NCBI RefSeq assembly: GCF_009914755.1
Contig: NC_060933.1
Reading direction: 5' to 3' (one strand)
Source of the DNA: the human T2T-CHM13v2.0 reference genome, Homo sapiens
Length of the DNA stretch: 64,000 nt
Each line of letters opens with the position of its first letter. Within the stretch, counting starts at the first letter, position 1. Made by a program: the position numbers and the translations under genes. Of this stretch, positions 43,501-56,100 are shown piece by piece. The notes under the pieces are model-generated. The model worked only from the letters and a program-made list of their open reading frames with translations. It was not told where the DNA came from and ran no database searches.

Positions 43501-44130
43501 TGGAATCATCCGGAATGGAATGGAATGGAATGGAATGCAAAGCAATGGAATCAACTCGATTCCAATGGAATGGAATGGACTGGAAAGGAATACATTGGAA
43601 TCAACCCGAGTGGAATGGAATGGAAAGGACTGGAATGGAGTGGAATGGAATGGAATGGAATGGAATGGAATGGAATCAACTCGATTGGAATGGAATGGAA
43701 TGGAATGGAATGGAATGGAATGGAATGGAATGGAATTAACCCGAATAGAATGGAATGGAATGGAATGGAACGGAACGGAATGGAATGGAATGGAATGGAA
43801 TGGAATGGAATGGAATGGAATGGAATGGAATCAACCCGACTGCAGGGGAATGGAATGGAATGGAATGCAATGGAATGGATTCAACTTGAATGGAATGGAA
43901 GGAATGGAATCAACACGAGTGGAATGGCATGGATTGGAATGGAATGGAATGGAATGAACCCGAGTACAGGGGAATGGAATGGAATGGAATGCAATGGAAT
44001 GGAATCATCCGTAATGGAATGGAAAGGAATGGAATGGAATGGAATGGAATGGAATGGAATGGAATGGAATGGAATCAACTCGATTGCAATCGAATGGAAT
44101 GGAATGGAATTAACCCGAATGGAATGGAAT
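37530..44130 (+). repeat. ~3.3-kb recent tandem duplication (about 37530-40800 / 40800-44130)
   Basis: Private variants repeat at offsets of about 3290-3340: GGTATTAACCC 38361/41653, CAAGTGAAGT 38651/41958, GGACTCTTCCAG 38921/42228, GCTTCAAACAGA 39691/43008. Confidence 0.92.
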
Positions 44131-47100
44131 GGAATGGAATGCAATGGAACGGAACGGAACGGAATGGAATGGAATGGAATGGAATGGAATGGAATGGAAC
44201 GGAAAGGAATGGAATGGAATGGAATGGAATGGAATGGAATGGAATCAACGCGAGTGCAGGGGAATGGAATGGAATGGAATGCAATGGAATGGAATCTTCC
44301 GGAATGGAATGGAATGGAATGGAATGGAATGGAATGGAATGGAATGGAATAAACCCGAGTGCAATGGAATGGAGTGGAATGGAATGGAATGGAATGGAAC
44401 AGCCCGAATGGAATGGAATGTAATGGAGAGTAAGGGAGTTGAATAGAATCAATCCGAATGTAATGGAATGGAATGGAACAGAATAGAATTGAATGGAATG
44501 GAATGGAATGCAATGGAATGGAATCAACCCGAGTGCAATGGAATGGAGAGGAATGGAATGGAATGGAATGGAAACTACCCGAATGGAATGGAATGTAATG
44601 GAGTGTAAGGGAATTGAATAGAATCAATCCGAATGTAATGGAATGGAATGGAATGGAACGGAATGGAATGGAATGGAATGGAATGGAATGGAATGGAATG
44701 CAATGGAATGGAATCAACCCGAGTGCAATCGAATGGAATCGAATGGAATGGAATGCAATGGAATGGATTCAACTTGAATGGAATGGAAAGAATGGAATCA
44801 ACACGAGTGGAAGGGCATGGATTGGAATGTAATGGAATGGAATCAACCCGAGTACAGGGGAATGGAATGGAATGGAATGCAATGGAATGGAATCATCCGT
44901 AATGGAATGGAAAGGAACGGAATGGAATGGAATGGAATGGAATGGAATGGAATGGAATCGACTCGATTGCAATCGAATGGAATGGAATGGAATTAACCCG
45001 AATAGAATGGAATGGAATGGAATGGAACGGAACGGAATGGAATGGAATGGAACGGAATGGAATGGAAAGGAACGGAATGGAATGGAATGGAATGGAATGG
45101 AATGGAATGGAATCAACGCGAGTGCAGGGGAATGGAATGGAATGGAATGCAATGGAATGGAATATTCCGGAATGGAATGGAATGGAATGGAATGGAATGA
45201 AATGCAGTGCATTCAACTCGATTGCAATGGAATGGAATAGAATGGAATGGAATGGAATGGAATGGAATGGAATTAACACGAATAGAATGGAATGGAATGG
45301 AACGGAATGGAACGGAACGGAATGGAATGGAATGGAATGGAATGGAATGGAATGGAATGGTATGGAATGGAATGGAATGGTACGGAATAGAATGGAATGG
45401 AACGAATTGTAATGGAATGGAATTGAATGGAATGGAATGGAATGGAATGGAATCAACGCGAGTGCAGGGGAAAGTAATGGAACGGAATGCAATGGAATGG
45501 AATCATCCGGAATGGAATGGAATGGAAAGGAATGGAATGGAATGGAATCAACCCGAGTGCAATGGAATGGAGTGGAATGGAATGGAAAGGAATGGAACAA
45601 CCCGAATGGAATGGAATGTAATGGACAGTAAGGGAGTTGAATAGAATCAATCCGAATGTAATGGAATGGAATGCAACGGAATGGAATGGAATGGAATGGA
45701 ATGGAATGGAATGGAATGGAATGCAAAGGAATGGAATCAATCCGAGTGGAATGGCATGGAATGGAATGCAATTGAATGGAATGGAATGGAATCAACTCGA
45801 GTGGAAAGGAATGGAATGGAATGGAAAGGAATGGAATGAAGTCAACTCGAGTGGAATGGAATGGAATGGAATGGATTGGAATGGATTGCAATGCAATGAA
45901 ATGGAATGGAATGGAATGGAATCAATCATTCCGAGTGGAATGGAAGGGAATGTAATAGAGTGGAAAGAAGGGAATGGAATCAACCCGAGTGGAATGCAAA
46001 GCAATGGAATGGAATGGAAAGGAATGGAATGGAATCAACTCGATTGCAATGGAATGGAATGGAATGGAATGGAATTAACCGGAATAGAATGGAATGGAAT
46101 GGAATGGAACGGAATGGAATGGAATGGAAGGGAATGGAATCAACACGAGTGCAGGGGAATGGAATGGAATGGAATGCAATGGAATGGAATCATCCGGAAT
46201 AGAATGGAATGGAATGGAATCAACTCCATTGCAATGGAATGGAATGGAATGGAATGGAATAGAATGGAATGGAATTAACCCGAATAGAATGGAATGCAAT
46301 AGAATGGAATGCAACGGAACCGAATGGAGTGGAATGGAATGGAATGGAATGGAATGGAATGGAATGGAATCAACTCGATGGCAATCGAATGGAATGGAAT
46401 GGAATTAACCCGAATAGAATGGAATGGAATGGAATGGAACGGAACGGAACGGAATGGAATGGAATGGAATGGAATGGAGTGGAACGGAACGGAATGGAAT
46501 GGAATGGAATGGAATGGAATCAACGCGAGTGCCGGGGAATGGAATGGAATGGAATGCAATGGAATGGAATCTTCCAGAATGGAATGGAATGGAATGGAAT
46601 GGAATGAAAGGCAATGGATTCAACTCGATTGCAATGGAATGGAATAGAATGGAATGGAATGGAATGGAATGGAATGGAATTGAATGGAATGGAATGCCTT
46701 CAAACCGAATGGAATGGAAAGGAATGGAATCAACACGAGTGGAAAGGAATGGAATGGAAAGGAATGGAATGGAATGGAATGGTATGGAATAGAATGGAAT
46801 CGAACAAACTGGAATGGAATGGAATGGAATGGAATGGAATGGAATGGAATGGAATGGAATCGTTCCGAGTGGAATAGGAGGGAATGTATTCGAGTGGAAT
46901 GGAAAGGAATGGAATCAACCAGAGTGGAATGGAAGGGAAAGGAATGGAATGGAAACTAATAGAATGGAATCAACCCAAGTGGAAAGGAATGGAAAGGAAT
47001 GGAATGGAATGGAATGCAATGGAATGGAATTGAATGGAATCAACTCGATTGTAATGGAATGGAATGGAATGGAATGGAATGGAATGGAATGGAATTAACC

Positions 47101-50100
47101 CGAATACAATGGAATGGAATGGAATGGAACGGAATGGAATGGAACGGAATGGAGTGGAATGGAATGGAATCAACCCGAGTGCAGGGGAATGGAATGGAAT
47201 GGAATGCAATGGAATGGAATCATCCGGAATGGAATGGAATGGAATGGAATGCAAATCAATGGAATCAACTCGATTGCAATGGAATGGAATGGAATGGAAA
47301 GGAATAGAATTGAATCAACCCGAGTGTAATGGAATGGAAAGGAATGGAATGGAGTGGAATGGAATGGAATGGAATGGAATGGAATCAACTCGATTGGAAT
47401 GGAATCTAATGGAATGGAATGGAATGGAATGGAATGGAATTAACCCGAATAGAATGGAATGGAATGGAATGGAACGGAATGGATTGGAATGGAATGGAAT
47501 GGAATGGAATGGAATGGAATCAACCCGACTGCAGGGGAATGGAATGGAATGGAATGGAATGGAATGGAATCATCCGGAACGCAATGGAATGGAATGGAAT
47601 GGAATCAACTCGATTGCAATGGAATGGAATGGAATGGAATGGAATGGAATCAACCCGAGTGCAGGGGAATGGAATGGAATGGAATGCAATGGAATGGAAT
47701 CATCCGGAATGGAATGGAATGGAATGGAATGCAATCAACCTGATGCAATGGAATGGAGTGGAATGGAATGGAAAGGAATGGAAACATCCCGAATGGAATG
47801 GAATGTAATGGAGTGTAAGGGAATTGAATAGAATAAATCCGAACGTAATGGAATGGAATGGAATGAAATGGAATGGAATGGAATGGAATGGAATCAACCC
47901 GTGTGCAATGGAATGGATTCGAATGGAATGGAATGGAATGGAATGGATTCAACAAGAATGGAATGGAAAGGAATGGAATCAACCCGAGTGTAATGGCATG
48001 GAATGGAACGGAATGGAATGGGATGGAATGGAATGGTACGAAATAGAATGGAATGGAATGAAATGGAATGGAATGGAATGGAATGGAATGGAATGGAATG
48101 GAATGGAATGAACCCGTGTGCAATGGAATGGAATGGAATGGATTCAACTCGAATGGAATCAACTCGATTGCAATGGAATGCAATGGAATTGAAAGGAATA
48201 GAATGGAATCATCCCGAGTGGAATGGAATGGAAAGGACTGGAATGGAGTGGAATGGAATGGAATGGAATTAACCCGAATAGAATGAAATGGAACGGAATG
48301 GAATGGAATGTAATGGAATGGAATGGAATGGAATCAACCTGAGTGCAGGGGAATGGAATGGAATGGAATGCAATGGAATGGAATCATCCGGAATGGAATG
48401 GAATGGAATGGAATGGAATGGAATGGAATCAACTCGATTTCAATGGAATGGAATGGAATAGAATGGAATGGAATCAACACGAATAGAATGGAAAGGAATG
48501 GAATTGAATGGAACAGAAAGGAATGGAATGGAATGGAATGGAATCAACCCAAGTGCAGGGGAATGGAATGGAATGGAATTCAATGGAATGGAATCATCCG
48601 GAATGGAATGGAATGGAATGGAATGGAATGGAATGGAATGGAATCAACCCGAGTGCAATGGAATGGAGAGGAATGAAATGGAATGGAACGGAAACTACAC
48701 GAATCGAATGGAATGTAATGGAGTGTAAGGGAATTGAATAGAATGAATCCGAATGGAATGGAATGGAATGGAATCAACGCGAGTGCAGGGGAATGGAATG
48801 TAATGGAATGCAATGGAATGGAATCTTCCGGAATGGAATGGAATGGAATGGAATGCAATGGATTCAACTCGATTGCAATGGAATGGAATAGAATGGAATG
48901 GAATGGAATGGAATGGAATTAACCCGAATAGAATGGAATGGAATGGAACGGAATGGAACGCAACGGAATTGAATGGAATGGAATGGAATGGAATGGAATG
49001 GAATGGTGGGGAATGGAATGGAATGGAATGGAATCAACGCGAGTGCAGGGGAATGTAATGGAACAGAATGTAATGGAATGGAATTATCCGGAATGGAATG
49101 GAATGGAATGGAATGGAATGGAATCAACCCTAGTGCAATGGAATGGAGTGGAATGCAATGGAATGGAATGGAACAACCCGAATGGAATGGAATGTAATGG
49201 AGAGTAAGGGAGATGAATAGAATCAATCCGAATGTAATGGAATGGAATGCAACGGAATGGAATGGAATGGAATGGAATGCAATGGAATGGAATCAACCCG
49301 AGTACAATGGAATGGAATGGAATGGAATGGAATGGAATGGAATGGAATGGCTTCAAACCGAATGGAATGGAAAGGAATGGAATCAACACGAGTGGAATGG
49401 AATGGAATGGAATGGAATGCAATCGAATTGAATGGAATGGTATGGAATAGAATGGAATGGAAAGAAATGGAATGGAATGGAATGGAATGGAATGGAATGG
49501 AATGGAATGGAATGGAATGGAATCGTTCCGAGTGGAATAGGAGGGAAAGTATTCGAGTGGATTGGAAAGGAATGGAATCAACCAGAGTGGAATGGAAGGG
49601 AATGGAATGGAATGGAAACTAATAGAATGGAATCAACCCGAGTGGAATGGAATGGAAAGGACTGGAATGGAATGGAATGGAATGGAATGGAATGGAATGG
49701 AATGGAATCAACTCGATTGTAATGGAATGGAATGGAATGGAATGGAATGGAATGGAATGGAATTAACCCAAATACAATGGAATGGAATGGAATGGAACGG
49801 AATGGAGTGGAATGGAATGGAATCAACCCGAGTGCAGGGGAATGGAATGGAATGGAATGCAATGGAATGGAATCATCCGGAATGGAATGGAATGGAATGG
49901 AAGGCAAAGCAATGGAATCAACTCGATTGCAATGGAATGGAATGGACTGGAAAGGAATACATTGGAATCAACCCGAGTGGAATGGAATGGAAAGGACTGG
50001 AATGGAGTGGAATGGAATGGAATAGAATGGAATGGAATCAACTCGATTGGAATGGAATGGAATGGAATGGAATGGAATTAACCCGAATAGAATGGAATGG

Positions 50101-53100
50101 AATTAAATGGAACGGAACGGAATGAAATGGAATGGAATGGAATGGAATGGAATGGAATGGAATGGAATGGAATGGAATCAACCCGACTGCAGGGGAATGG
50201 AATGGAATGGAATGCAATGGAATGGATTCAACTTGAATGGAATGGAAAGAATGGAAACAACACGAGTGGAATGGCATGGATTGGAATGGAATGGAATGGA
50301 ATGAACCCGAGTACAGGGGAAAGGAATGGAATGGAATGCAATGGAATGGAATTATCCGTAATGGAATGGAAAGGAATGGAATGGAATGGAATGGAATGGA
50401 ATGGAATCAACTCGATTGCAATCGAATGGAATGGAATGGAATTAACCCGAATAGAATGGAATGGAATGGAATGGAACGGAACGGAACGGAACGGAATAGA
50501 ATGGAATGGAATGGAATGGAATGGAAAGGAAAGGAACGGAATGGAATGGAATGGAATGGAATGGAATCAACGCGAGTGCAGGGGAATGGAATGTAATGGA
50601 ATGCAATGGAATGGAATCTTCCGGAATGGAATGGAATGGAATGGAATGGAATCAACCCGAGTGCAATGGAATGGAGTGGAATGGAATGGAATGGAATGGA
50701 ACAACCCGAATGGAATGGAATGTAATGGAGAGTAAGGGAGTTGAATAGAATCATTCCGAATGTAATGGAATGGAATGGAACAGAATGGAATTGAAAGGAA
50801 TGGAATGGAATGCAATGGAATGGAATCAACCCGAGTGCAATGGAATGGAGAGGAATGGAATGGAATGAAATGGAAAATACCCGAATGGAATGGAATGTAA
50901 TGCAGTGTAAGGGAATTGAATAGAATCAATCTGAATGTAATGGAATGGAATGGAACGGAATGGAATGGAATGGAATGGAATGGAATGGAATGGAATGGAA
51001 TCAACAAGAGTGCAATCGAATGGAATCGAAAGGAATGAAATGCAATAGAATGGATTCAACTTGAATGGAATGGAAAGAATGGAATCAACACGAGTGGAAT
51101 GGCATGGATTGGAATGGAATGGAATGGAATCAACCCGAGTACAGGGGAGTGGAATGGAATGGAATGCAATGGAATGGAATCATCCGTAATGGAATGGAAA
51201 GGAATGGAATGGAATGGAATGGAATGGAATGGAATGGAATGGAATCAACTCGATTGCAATCGAATGGAATGGAATGGAATTACCCAAACAGAATGGAATG
51301 GAATGGAATGGAACGGAACGGAATGGAATGGAATGGAATGGAATGGAATGGAACGGAACGGAACGGAACGGAATGGAATGGAATGGAATGGAATGGAATC
51401 AACGCGAGTGTAGGGGAATGGAATGGAATGGAATGCAATGGAATGGAATCTTCCGGAATGGAATGGAATGGAATGGAATGAAATGCAATGGATTCAACTC
51501 GATTGCAATGGAATGGAATAGAATGGAATGGAATGGAATGGAATGGAATTAACCCGAATAGAATGGAATGGAATGGAATGGAACGGAATGGAACGGAATG
51601 GAATGGAATGGAATGGAATGGAATGGAATGGAATGGAATGGTATGGAATGGAATGGAATAGTACGGAATAGAATGGAATGGAACGAATTGTAATGGAATG
51701 GAATTGAATGGAATGGAATGGAAAGGAATGGAATCAACGCGACTGCAGGGGAATGTAATGGAACGGAATGCAATGGAATGGAATCATCCGGAATGGAATG
51801 GAATGGAATGGAATGGAATCAACCCGAGTGCAATGGAATGGAGTGGAATGGAATGGAATGGAATGGAACAACCCGAATGGAATGTAATGTAATGGAGAGT
51901 AAGGGAGTTGAATAGAATCAATCCGAATGTAATGGAATGGAATGCAACGGAATGGAATGGAATGGAATGGAATGGAATGCAATGGAATGGAATCAACCCG
52001 AGTACAATGGAATGGAATGGAATGGAATGGAATGGAATGGAATGGAATTGAATGGATTGGAATGCCTTCAAACCGAATGGAATGGAAAGGAATGGAATCA
52101 ACACGAGTGGAATGGAATGGAATGGAATGGAATGGAACGGAATGGAATGGAATGGAATAGAGTGGAATGGAATCAACTCGATTGCAATCGAATGGAATGG
52201 AATGGAGTTAAGTCGAGTACAGGGGAATGGAATGGAATGGAATGCAATGGAATGGAATCATCCGTAATGGAATGGAATGGAATGGAATGGAATGGAATGG
52301 AATGGAATCGTTCCGAGTGGAATAGGAGGGAATGTATTCGAGTGGAATGGAAAGGAATGGAATCAACCAGAGTGGAATGGAAGGGAATGGAATGGAATGG
52401 ACACTAATAGAATGGAATCAACCCGAGTGGAAAGGAATGGAATGGAATGGAATGGAATGGAATGGAATGGAATGGAATGGAATCAACTCGATTGTAATGG
52501 AATGGAATGGAATGGAATGGAATGGAATTAACCCGAATACAATGGAATGGAATGGAATGGAACGGAATGGAGTGGAATGGAATGGAATCAACCCGAGTGC
52601 AGGGGAATGGAATGGAATGGAATGCAATGGAATGGAATCATCCGGAATGGAATGGTATGGAATGGAATGCAAAGCAATGGAATCAATTCAATTGCAATGG
52701 AATGGAATGGAATGGAAAGGAATAGAATTGAAACAAACTGAGTGTAATGGAATGGAAAGGACTGGAATGGAGTGGAATGGAATGGAATGGAATGGAATGG
52801 AATCAACTCGATTGGAATGGAATCTAATGGAATGGAATGGAATGGAATGGAATGGAATTAACCCGAATAGAATGGAATGGAATGGAATGGAACGGAATGG
52901 AATGGAATGGAATGGAATGGAATGGAATGGAATGGAATCAACCCGACTGCAGGGGAATGGAATGGAATGGAATGGAATGGAATGGAATCATCCGGAACGG
53001 AATGGAATGGAATGGAATGGAATCAACTCGATTGCAATGGAATGGAATGGAATGGAATGGAATCGAATGGAATGGAATGGAATTAACCAGAATAGAATGG

Positions 53101-56100
53101 AATGGAATGGAATGGAACGGAACGGAATGGAATGGAATGGAATGGAATGGAATGGAATCAACCCGAGTCCAGGGGAATGGAATGGAATGGAATGCAATGG
53201 AATGGAATCATCCGGAATGGAATGGAATGGAATGGAATGCAATCAACCTGATGCAATGGAATGGAGTGGAATGGAATGGAATGGAATGGAAACATCCCGA
53301 ATGGAATGGAATGTAATGCAGTGTAAGGGAATTGAATAGAATCAATCCGAATGTAATGGAATGGAATGGAATGAAATGGAAAGGAATGGAATGGAATGGA
53401 ATCAACCCGAGTGCAATGGAATGGATTCGAACGGAATGGAATGGAATGGAATGGATTCAACAAGAATGGAATGGAAAGGAATGGAATCAACCCGGGTGTA
53501 ATGGCATGGAATGGAACGTAATGGAATGGGATGGAATGGAATGGTACGGAATAGAATGGAATGGAATGAAATGGAATGGAATGGAATGGAATGGAAAGAA
53601 ATGGAATGGAATGGAATGGAATGAACCCGTGTGCAATGGAATGGAATGGAATGGAATGGAATGGAATGGAATGGAATAGAGTGGAATGGAATCAACTCGA
53701 TTGCAATCGAATGGAATGGAATGGAATTAACCCGAATAGAATGGAATGGAATGGAATGGAACGGAACGGAATGGAATGGAATGGAATGGAATGGAATGGA
53801 ACGGAAAGGAAGGGAATGGAATGGAATAGAATGGAATGGAATGGAATCAACGCGAGTGCAGGGGAATGGAATGGAATGGAATGCAATGGAATGGAATCTT
53901 CCGGAATGGAATGGAATGGAATGGAATGGAATGGAATGGAATGGAATGGAATCAAACCGAGCACAATGGAATGGAGGGAAATGGAATGGAATGGAATGGA
54001 ACAACCCGAATGGAATGGAATGTAATGGAGAGTAAGGGAGTTGAATAGAATCAATCCGATTGTAATGGAATGGAACGGAATGGAATGGAATGGAATGGAA
54101 TGGAATGGAATGGAATGGAATGCAATGGAATGGAATCAACCCGAGTACAATGGAACGGAATAGAATGGAATGTAATGTAATCGAATGGAATGGAATGGAA
54201 TGGAATGGAATCAACCCGAGTGCAATGGAATGGTGAGGAATGGAATGGAATGGAATGGAAACTACCCGAATGGAATGGAACGTAATGGAGTGTAAGGGAA
54301 TTGAATGGAATCAATCCGAATGGAATGGAATGGAATGGAAAGGAATGTAATGGAATGGAATGGAATGGAATCAACCCGAGTGCAGGGGAATGGAATGGAA
54401 TGGAATGCAATGGAATGGAATCATCCGGAATGGAATGGAATGGAATGCAATGGAATGGAATGGAATGGAATCAACCCGAGTGCAATGGAATGGAGTGAAA
54501 TGGAATGGAATGGAATGGAATGGAGACAACCAGAATGGATTGGAATATAATGGAGTGTACGGGAATTGAATAGAATCAATCTGAATGTAATGAAATGGAA
54601 TGGAACGGAATGGAATGGAATGGAATGGAATGGAATGGAATGGAATGCAATGGAATGGAATCAACCCGAGTGCAATCGAATGGAATCGAATGGAATGCAA
54701 CGCAATGGAATGGATTCAACTTGAATGGAATGGAAAGAATGGAATCAACACGAGTGGAATGGCATGGATTGGAATGGAATGGAATGGAATCAACCCGAGT
54801 ATAGGGGAATGGAATGGAATGGAATGCAATGGAATGGAATCATCCGTAATGGAATGGAAAGTAATGGAATGGAATGGAATGGAATGGAATGATACGGAAT
54901 AGAATGGAATGGAAGGAAATGGAATGGAATGGAATGGAATGGAATGGAATGGAATGGAATCGTTCCGAGTGGAATAGGAGGGAATGTATTCGAGTGGAAT
55001 GGAAAAGAGTGGAATCAAGCAGAGTGGAATGGAAGGGAATGGAATGGAATGGAAACTAATAGAATGGAATCAACCCGAGAGGAATGGAACGGAAAGGACT
55101 GGAATGGAATGCAATGGAATGGAATCAACTCGATTGTAATGGAATGGAATAGAATGGAATGGAATGGAATGGAATCAACTCGATTGCAATCGAATGGAAT
55201 GGAATGGAATTAACCCGAATAGAATGGAATGGAATGGAATGGAATGGAACGGAATGGAATGGAATGGAATGGAATGGAATGGAACGGAAACGAAGGGAAT
55301 GGAATGGAATAGAATGGAATGGAATGGAATCAACGCGAGTGCAGGGGAATGGAATGGAATGGAATGCAATGGAATGGAATCTTCCGGAATGGAATGGAAT
55401 GGAATGGAATGGAATGGAATGGAATGGAATCAACCCGAGTGCAATGGAATGGAGTGGAATGGAATGGAATGGAATGGAACAACCCGAATGGAATGGAATC
55501 GAATGGAGAGTAAGGGAGTTTAATAGAATCAATCCGAAAGTAATGGAATGGAATGGAACGGAATGGAATTGAATGGAATGGAATGGAATGAAATGGAATG
55601 GAATCAACCGGAGTGCAATGGAATGGAGAGGAATGGAATGGAATGGAATGGAAACTACCCGAATGGAATGGAATGTAATGGAGTGTAAGGGAATTGAATA
55701 GAATCAATCCGAATGTAATGGAATGGAATGGAACGGAATGGAATGGAATGCAATGGAATGGAATGGAATGCAATGGATTGCAATCAACCCAAGTGCAATC
55801 GAATGGAATCTAATGGAATGGAATGCAATGCAATGGATTCAACTTGAATGGAATGGAAAGAATGGAATCAACACGAGTGGAATGGCATGGATTGGAATGG
55901 AATGGAATGGAATCAACCCGAGTACAGGGGAATGGAATGGAATGGAATGCAATGGAATGGAATTATCCGTAATGGAATGGAAAGGAATGGAATGGAATGG
56001 AATGGAATGGAATGGAATGGAATGGAATGGAATCAACTCGATTGCAATCGAATGGAATGGAATGGAATTAACCAGAATAGAATGGAATGGAATGGAATGG

